DNA from: Macrostomum lignano
Taxonomy: Eukaryota
DNA: 45,097 nt
Reading direction: 5' to 3'
Assembly: GCA_002269645.1 (NCBI GenBank)
Contig: NIVC01004457.1
Location: forward strand, 1 to 45,097
Part shown: one piece after another, positions 37,005-45,097 of the stretch
Layout: the number at the start of each line of letters is the position of its first letter
Numbering within the stretch: the stretch's first letter is position 1
Notes under the pieces: model-generated
Database searches by the model: none
The model's input: only the letters and a program-made list of their open reading frames with translations
What the model was told of the DNA's origin: nothing
Made by a program: the position numbers and the translations under genes

Positions 37005-40000
37005 ATGACAAAGCAAGAGCTGTTCTTTCGAACACTACTTGTATTCGGTGTCGTCTTTGTAAGTCACAGCTGTTACTTTTTACCTCATTTCGGACTTTGG
37101 TGTCTGTCTAAGCATTAATTGTTAATCATTGAGTGTAAGTCAGAGCAAGCACAAAGCAAATGCAATCCTCTGAAGCTCTCACGAGGCACAGGAGATGAAA
37201 AGTTACGAAGATTTTGTTCCGACCTTCCAATTAACATCTGCTTCTCTGCATGTTGTGGAGCGGCGAAAAGCACAATATTAAAAGTGCACATTTAGCTTAG
37301 TTTGTTACGTTAAATATATTTATATATATTCGGAAACGGAAACTGCCGAGTGTAGTTGATATAGGAGCCAAAAAGGTTATTCAACTTAACAATTATATTT
37401 GCTAACTAACTAAATAAATCTTAAATTCTTTCTTCCACCGATATTTAGCAACTTATTACAGCATTGATTAATTACTCTGACGTACAAAGCTGTAGGGTAG
37501 GCACAAAACCAAAAACAAAACACAAGGCTAGCGCGGACTCGCTACGAGCACGTAGTTTAGACTAGAGTCTTAAGGCCGGCTCACATTACCGCTACCAATG
37601 TACAGTTGGTTGGCATGCCTAGTCTATGGTAGCTGTTGCTAGCTGGAGCTATTCTGCATAGTCTATGGTAGCTGTTGCTAGCTGGAGCTATTCTGCATAG
37701 TCTATGGTAGCTGCTGCTAGCTGGTGCTATTCGGCATAGTCTATGGTAGCTGCTGCTAGCTGGTGCTATTCGGCATAGTCTATGGTAGCTGCTGCTAGCT
37801 GGTGCTATTCTGCATAGTCTATGGTAGCTGCTGCTAGCTGGTGCTATTCGGCATAGTCTATGGTAGCTGCTGCTAGCTGGTGCTATTCTGCATAGTCTAT
37901 GGTAGCTGCTGCTAGCTGGTGCTATTCTGCATAGTCTATGGTAGCTGCTGCTAGCTGGTGCTATTCGGCATAGTCTATGGTAGCTGCTGCTAGCTGGTGC
38001 TATTCTGCATAGTCTATGGTAGCTGCTGCTAGCTGGTGCTATTCTGCATAGTCTATGGTAGCTGCTGCTAGCTGGTGCTATTCGGCATAGTCTATGGTAG
38101 CTGCTGCTAGCTGGTGCTATTCTGCATAGTCTGCTCGTACTGCATAATTTCTCAAAGCAGCGATTTTCTCCCGACTATCTAGGTAGGGATCGGCAAACTA
38201 TTTTACCTTAAGGGCCAGATAGAGAACCTTGCACCGGCCCAGAAGAGGAGGAGAGAGGAGAGAGGAGAGAAGAGAGAAGAGAGAAGAGAGAAGAGAGAAG
38301 AGAGAAGAGAGAAGAGAGAAGAGAGAAGAGAGAAGAGAGAAGAGAGAAGAGAGAAGAGAGGAGAGAGAAGAGAGAAGAGAGGAGAGAGAAGAGAGAAGAG
38401 AGGAGAGAGAAGAGAGAAGAGAGAAGAGAGAAGAGAGAAGAGAGGAGAGAGGACAGAGAAGAGAGCAGAGAGGACAGAGAAGAGAGCAGTGAGGAGAAAA
38501 AGAATGTTTAGCGATTTTCTAGACACCTGTTATCTTATGCCTTCAGACAGTGGAGGAAAAAACGACAGCACCGAAGATGCTTTTTGTCGTCACATTTTAG
38601 ATATAAAACCAGCAGTGCCTCTTTGGGCCTCAAGATCGTGTGCGTTCTCTACAACTTCATCCCCTGCCACCGATGGTGTTGGATACCGCTTAGTTAGCGG
38701 GTTTACACAACAGCGCATGCAATCAAATCAGAAATAGACCTGCCCATTACTACGGGGGCGAGGGTTAGGTGGTTAGCTGGTCGGGGTTGGCCATCAGTCC
38801 CGGACGTGCCAGCTGCTCCTCTCAAGGAGCGGCCTCCGCGCCGGGCTCATTTAGAATCCTCCGGCCGGCCGTGTCGGCCTGTCAACCGTCTGGGTCAACT
38901 TTCCGCCTCGCCTTTGAGTCTAAAATGAATGGGAACTGCTGTAGCCTTTCCATGCGCTGCTTGTACTATTGTAGACCCTATGAGCTGCATAGAATGCCGC
39001 CATATTTCCGAAGTGCGGCTGCGCCTAAAACGCGTAATTTGCATTTTTTCGATGTAGCATAAGAGTTTACGGTCCCACGCGCATGTTCTTCAGTGTTTCA
39101 AATAAAAAGGAGAGACAGTGGAGGCGCTCGCTTCACTTTTCTCTCGCCCGCATTTGCGGGCCTAAAGGCATGGCCACTGACCGTGCTTCGAGTTCAATTC
39201 TTTGTTATCCGACGTGAGCAGAAGGTGCAGGCAGGACGCAAAATCCTACCTGTTACAATGGTTCCCTGACCTCGTGAGTCTGCTGGACGAAATTCCTGTC
39301 ACGAAGGATAACAGAGGGTTGAATAGAAGCCAGTTGACGGACAGCACAACATCAACAAATCAGGATCCGGCGACCAGAGGACATCTTGCGTCGTTGGTGT
39401 GCTTGACGGCATTAAGTCGGAACGGTGGTTCAGTTCAACTGCCACCACGGTGCAGCCGCAGCCCCAGCTGACGCGTGTTCAACAGCCGTTCGGATGGATC
39501 GACAAGAAGAGTCAGCCCCGACGTCACTGTCTCGGCGACCGGCATGCAGATCAATTTTCCTGCCCTGAGAGGCGATCCGTCTCAAAAGCGGAGCAGTGTT
39601 TCGGTCCAAAGGCCAAGAGTCGTCTCTCCACAGCAAGAAGTCTGTGAGGGAAATTTGCGGTGCATCCGGAAAGAAGACCGGAGCACGATCGATGCATGCA
39701 ATGGACATACCAGTCAAGCTACTTAAGATAGCTCACGAGGACTGCATGCCCGCGTTTCCGAGGTGGCGGACTTCGATGCTGACCCCCTTAGAGCAGCGCG
39801 TATTGAGGAATGGTGCGACCCGGCTGGAGGAGTTCAACATTACTATACTAATGGCTGGTATTTTCAAGTACGGTTCAACTTTCAACAATACTTCGGGGTG
39901 TCGAAGTTTTTTGAACCACGGAGGGATATGAGCTGCATAAAATGCCGCCATATTTCCGAAGCGCGACTGCGCCTAAAACTTGCTGCGTAATCTGCATTTT

Positions 40001-43000
40001 TTCTATGTCCCCCACAAGAGTTGTGGGGCATAAGAGTTTACGTTAACACGCGCAAGTTCTTCAGTGTTTCAAATAAAAAGGAGAGACAGTGGAGGCGCTC
40101 GCTTCACTTTTCTCTCGCCCGCATTTGCGGGCCTAAAGGCATGGCCATTGCCTCGGCTGGGCTGTAGACCGCAGCAGCCTGGGCCCAGAAATACCGTGCT
40201 TCGAGTTCAATTCTTTGTTATCCGACGTGAGCAGAAGGTGCAGGCCGGACGCAAAATCCTACCTGTTACAGACCCTGCCTGTTTACCCAGCTCTATTGTT
40301 CTAGCTTAATTTCTAAGCCCTGAGGGAGAGAGGAGAAGCAGGGGAGAAAAAGAGAGGAGAGGAGAGGAGAGAGAAAAGGTAGAGCGGAGGTGAGAGAGAA
40401 CATAACTGAGAAGCGAATTCCGCAATCTGTACTTCTATACTTCTCACCTCGACTTCCGCAATCTCCCAGGCCGCATGGAAAACTGTCGGCTGGTACTGGT
40501 CCGGCAGTCAGAAAATGTCCAGGTCAGTTATTTTGAATCAAGTGCCTTCTGTTGTGCAGCGGCTGCTGAACCGTGAGCCAAAGAAGCCGCCAACACAGCA
40601 GGCTTTGAATCTGTCTCCAACTTCGCTAAAGCTAGTGACGCTAACTGCCAGAACTACACCTACAACTCAGAGTACGCGAACAACCACAAGAGCTGCAGTC
40701 GCGCCCACAAAGAAAGCTGCACCAGCGTTCAATTCGTCTGCTCGCATACCGCGAATTCTGCACCAGGCGTTTGCATCCGAGATGGTCTACGAAAACTACC
40801 TGCCTTACATTAACGGCTGCATGTCGCTGAACCCGGACTGGACATATTACCTGTGGCGGGACAGCGACGCGGAGGCGCTGATCAGCTCCGCCTACCCGGA
40901 GTTTCTCGCCAAGTACAAAAAATACTCTGACGTGCTGGAGCGGGCCGACTCTATTCGGTACATTGTTCTGCACCACTTTGGCGGTGAGCGGCTTTGAGGA
41001 CTTGTTGTTCACCCTGAGCTTTGAGTGCCGAATCGAAGCTGAATCATGCTTAATATAGATGCAAAATCGGTCAAATTGGATTGAAAGAAAATACGAGCTA
41101 TAGCATTTCCCGTATCGACGCACATGAAGTAAAGAAAGAAGCACTCAAGTTCTGCAGGTTGTAAAGAGCAGGCACTATGGGGTGGCAACCAATTTTCTTT
41201 CAGCAGGGTGATCTGTACCTCAGCTCGGTGGACTACTCTCTCATTACCTGCCTATTATGCTGTGTTACTAACCGTGGTGGTAAATGCGCAATTTGCGCTT
41301 TTTTCTAGCGACCCCTGTAGGTTTTGATAAGGGCCCTGCAATCTCAATCGGCTCCCAGGAGTGACATCAGACGTTTTTGTTAAATTGCATCATAGCTCTA
41401 TGGCTCTTTGACAGTCGCAAATTACAATGCTTCAGGTGTAAACGCATAACAACAACAACAACAACAATAACAACAATAAAGTTCGTTGTCAGCCGGTTAT
41501 GCGAGTCATGAGAGGCAAATCAAATGTATGCATTCACATCTACATAAACTTAAATTTTTGTAAAACCGGACACCTAGACTAAGCTTATTTTAGCATAAGC
41601 CTAAATGTGACAACAAGTCTGTCAAATGGGGTCGGTCGTCCCTCAGTGGCAGACATGCATCATTAGGTTTCGTTTTTTTCAGGATCTATTTCAGAGAAAG
41701 AATATTTCTGCTATTTGCAGGAATTTACCTGGATATGGACGTACAGTGCGTCAGACCATTCTTCCCGGCATTGGAGAATCTTAACAGCTTCTTGGACCAG
41801 GAGCGAATCGAGCAGACGAACATCTTATGGGGCTGGCCGTTTGGCGTGATGAACTCAGGGATGGGCTCCGCTCCCGGCCATCCGTTCTTCCGCGAGGTGA
41901 TCGACGAAATGTTGCGCGAGTCTCGGATTGGCAACGCGTTCACCAGCACGGGCCCGACCATCCTCACCCAGGTGTACAAGCGATACACGGCTGCCAAGCA
42001 TGCGGTGCCGGTCACTATGCTGGAGCCGAAGGTGATGTCGCCCCTCATGGATGGCAACAAGAACTGGCGCAGCATGTGCGGCTCATTAGGTGAGACCTGT
42101 TTTAATTAATTATGCATCGAGTTCTAGGCTGGGGAAATTACTGGTGACAAAAATTTGCGCAGAGCTCTCAAAACTCGGACTGCTGCTCAAATGTTTTAGT
42201 TTTCTATGAATATTTTTTCGTCTCTCATATTGTGACGTTGTTTCCAATTGTCTATGCTTCTAATCCAATTAAATAAGCCGAAGTTTCGATATGTTTCTCT
42301 CGATCTTAGCCTTCAATACGGATGTTTATTTCTAACTGCAATTCCTGATGATTTCAGTTTGAGATGGATAATCAACACGCAATTGTTTTAAACAATTCAG
42401 AGAAATGAAGAGGGGTTACTAATCCATATTAGTGTACTTCGATCTTGATGTCTCCAGATGGTCTCTTCGTTGGATCGGGATGCTGGAGTCTTGGGCTCGA
42501 TTCAAAGGAAGAGGTTTCCGTGTCAGTCTTTTGATTCTAGGTGGGGTTTGATGATAACTCTGGATATTCGTCTGAGCATGCTAGTTTGGACTAGCGAAGG
42601 AGCGAAGGAGCGACGGAAGAGGGCGGAGTAGGAGTAGCAGGAGCGGAAAAGGAGGCGAGAGATTCATTCTCAGTGAACGCTGGAATATACATGTTTCTAT
42701 AACGCTTTTTATTGGTGTTCGCGTCACGCAATAGGATATTTAATGCCGCACAAGCATGTGCTGTACTTTCCTTCTAAAGTTCACATTAGACTGCAAATTA
42801 GCATTGAGCACCACATGTTTCAATTAAGATCACTTACTTTCACTGTGACTTAATTTATAGTCGTCCAGCGTTTGGGCTTTTTGTGAATTTTGGCTCTCTT
42901 CTGACTGAATCTTATCGCTGCAATGCTCAATAACAACAATATCGGTACTGAGGATGGATTGATCGGTCGCGAATTAGCCTCTAAAGGTATACTTTTTTTC

Positions 43001-44039
43001 AATATCTCGTTCTTGCATTGCCGAAGCTTTCATTTTGAAGCCTTTAGGTGTCAGCAGCGACGAGCAGTGCTCGATTGTGATCTAGGGGGGAACGAGTACA
43101 GTCTCGGCCGCTTGGCTGTGACTCTCAGTAATAGCAAGCGGAAATATGAATTTCGATTTTTTCCAAACCCTTATTTTTACTCTCTCACTGGGTGACAAGA
43201 TGCGCTAATCTGCTTTCAAAACTTAAAGGTTCGTGCTTAAGGCTCGATAGGCACAGATAGCTGTAGGCATGCCCTTGCTTCTATTTTTAAAAGCAGCTAG
43301 ACAACACTTCGTTGACCCTAGCAGATCCTGTGAGCAGGCGTCTACTCAACAGCGAATTAAAACGTGATGTGAAATGACACGCGCAGACACGCGCAGAAAA
43401 CTTTTTACCGACGATTTTCGGCTTGAAAATGTTGCAAGGGGAACAGTTAACCATCGAGCCTATGCTCAGTTTTACACGTTTTACGAGGACCCAGCACAGG
43501 TGCGAATAATGCTTCATCTGGTAGAGTACTTCTCTGCAAAACAATCGATGAACAGCGGGACGGCTGGGGAGAGAGAAGCAGGATCTAACGCAGGCAGTAG
43601 TCGCTATCTCTCGCGTTATTATTTTTCCCTACTGAGCGGCCGTCGCCCGGGCTGGCTGCTCGGGTCTCTTCTCAAGATACGAGTACTTATAAACGCAGTA
43701 CAGTGCTTGGCTGGAGAGAGAATTTACTAGCTGGTACTACTAAGTTAGAATCGATTGCATAGTTCTAATCCAATTCTAATTAATAATTCAATTTTATGCC
43801 CCTGCTTTCCAGCTGCAGCCAAATCGAAGCCGGACTCGCGGCGCAGCTGGAAAGAGCGCGGCTGCATCATGCTTGAGTCGAAGAACTGGCGCTACGATGA
43901 CTCGGACAATTCCACAATCTGCGTTCATAGATTCCTTCATCTTGGCTACGGCTCATTCGCCGCGGTGCGCAAGAAGCCGTTTAACATCACTGCCCGCTTC
44001 TGGCCCCGGGTTCGAACTTTCAAACGAAGAGGTAAATGA
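37005..44039 (+). CDS. GT32 (DXD, SUR1/OCH1-like mannosyltransferase-type) type II membrane glycosyltransferase copy 2, 387 aa; exons 37005-37058, 40470-40983, 41721-42089, 43813-44039
   Basis: The spliced length of 1164 nt is open from ATG to TGA. TM anchor FFRTLLVFGVVF|AAW, Thr/Pro-rich stalk, IPRILHQ, ERADSIRY, GGIYLDMD (DXD) and GHPFF. Exon structure is conserved with copy 1. Confidence 0.92.
37620..38132. repeat. 39-bp minisatellite (~13 units) in intron 1 of GT copy 2
   Basis: Unit TAGTCTATGGTAGCTGCTGCTAGCTGGTGCTATTCTGCA. Confidence 0.98.
38184..38222 (+). mobile_element. hAT/Charlie-like terminal sequence
   Basis: TAGGGATCGGCAAACTATTTTACCTTAAGGGCCAGATAG resembles the CAGGGGTCGGCAAAC...AAGGGCCAGA termini of Charlie-type hATs. 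The partner end and TSD are not convincing. Confidence 0.4.
38241..38495. repeat. (GAGAA/GAGAG)n polypurine tract
   Basis: Directly visible. Confidence 0.97.
38979..40270 (+). mobile_element. Non-autonomous LTR retroelement (TRIM-like), 1292 bp; LTRs 38979-39257 and 39927-40270
   Basis: Direct repeats TATGAG...TGTTACA, TSD GACCC on both sides, PBS TGGTTCCCTGACC (39259-39271, complementary to the tRNA-Glu 3' end), and purine tract GGAGGGA before the 3' LTR. Confidence 0.9.
41448..41478. repeat. (AAC)n tract, possibly the tail of a very short minus-strand RTE-like insertion, absent from the copy 1 intron
   Basis: Visible repeat. The adjacent minus-strand CTGACAACGAACTTTATTG loosely resembles the RTE 3' end CTGACAGCATATTTTGTTG. 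Confidence 0.5.
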
Positions 44040-45097
44040 CTTAAGGGTCAACGCTGAGGTGATGCAAGGTGATGCAAGTGCCAAAGTGCACAATGCGAAT
44101 TCAATGAAAAGCTTTGGAATGTCGAACGAGTAGCTCTTATTATTACAATCCATAAATTTAGTTAACAATAATGCCAGTGTTCAGAACATTTCTCCCTCGC
44201 AACAAGTGTGTCAAATATTCCTTGTAAACTGTCATTCTGTTTGCTTTTTAAATCAATATTTCGCTTTTTACTGTTTTTTTCATGGCACCCGTCCCGAATT
44301 GACCGAATGGCTTAACACATGGATGTATTACGCTTCAACTCAACGCATCTATATTATTTACTTAGCATTATTTAGTGAATGAAAGTAACTGCATCGTTTC
44401 TACCTGAGAAAATTCCCTGTTTTCCACTTTTCCACCTGTCGGAGTTTTGCATATTGTTTTATTAATTCCGAACAAAAAAGCCCCATAGACGTGGGACAAT
44501 AAAACGATTTATTTTGAGTTAAACAAGCGATAAAACCTCTTCAGGACTAGGCCTAAATTTTTATCATCTCCGTTTTAGTCTAATAGTAAACAGAGCTTAC
44601 CATAGACCATTTGGCTTCTGACTGAGCCATAGGTATTTTTTCTCTCCGTTCCGATCGGCATGGCAAGCAATGCTTATCTACAGATTTAGCCGACTAGGGT
44701 AGAAAATGAGACAAAACGTACATCTAGTAGTCTGTTACTAGACTGAAAGCACACTGGTCCCTGTAAAAAAAGGGATGGGCAACACGAACAGTATAAGAAG
44801 CGTGCTTTTTCCTAGCCCTTTAACGAACACCTTTCGGCCGCCGCACTTACAGTATACAATCCAAGCGTTTCGGACCATCTGCAAGCACAGGTGCAAACCA
44901 CAGATACTATATAACAGATAGTTTCTGGAAGCCAGCATTCGTGAATTCGTGCAGAGCACTGAGATGACCAGAAGGCGACCAGCCGCTGCAGCTTAATTAA
45001 GCCTTCGGCCAAGTCAGCCCGCACTTTCCAATGCGGATTGCGGCCCGAGAAAGTCAGCCAAGACCAACTAAGCGGTGTCGCGTCTGCTACCGAGCTG

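Overview
AT-rich animal genomic DNA with spliceosomal introns, dense in mobile elements. It is probably from a Macrostomum-type flatworm (inference from a spliced-leader-like sequence at 1221-1241). No prokaryotic features, CRISPR arrays, rRNA or tRNA genes were found. Host genes: a two-exon inositol polyphosphate multikinase (minus strand), one unidentified coding-like exon, and two dispersed tandem paralogs of a four-exon type II membrane GT32/DXD glycosyltransferase. Copy 1 (18006-23033) carries an in-frame TGA; copy 2 (37005-44039) is intact at 387 aa. Mobile elements: a PIF/Harbinger transposon (transposase plus Myb/SANT gene) nested in its own cognate MITE, a DD34D mariner fragment, 5'-truncated RTE-like and LOA/R1-like LINEs, a LINE ORF1 5' fragment, a 1.3 kb TRIM-like LTR element with a tRNA-Glu primer site, a solo LTR, a probable Helitron with (GACT)n, MITEs, a Penelope-like hammerhead/SAP remnant, and three minisatellites sharing one core. 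The most unusual object is a 1.55 kb non-coding retroposed element (14-bp TSD, (AAC)n tail) whose 5' end matches the 5' half of the flatworm trans-splicing leader as I recall it. Many frameshifts lie in homopolymers or microsatellites and could be assembly errors.
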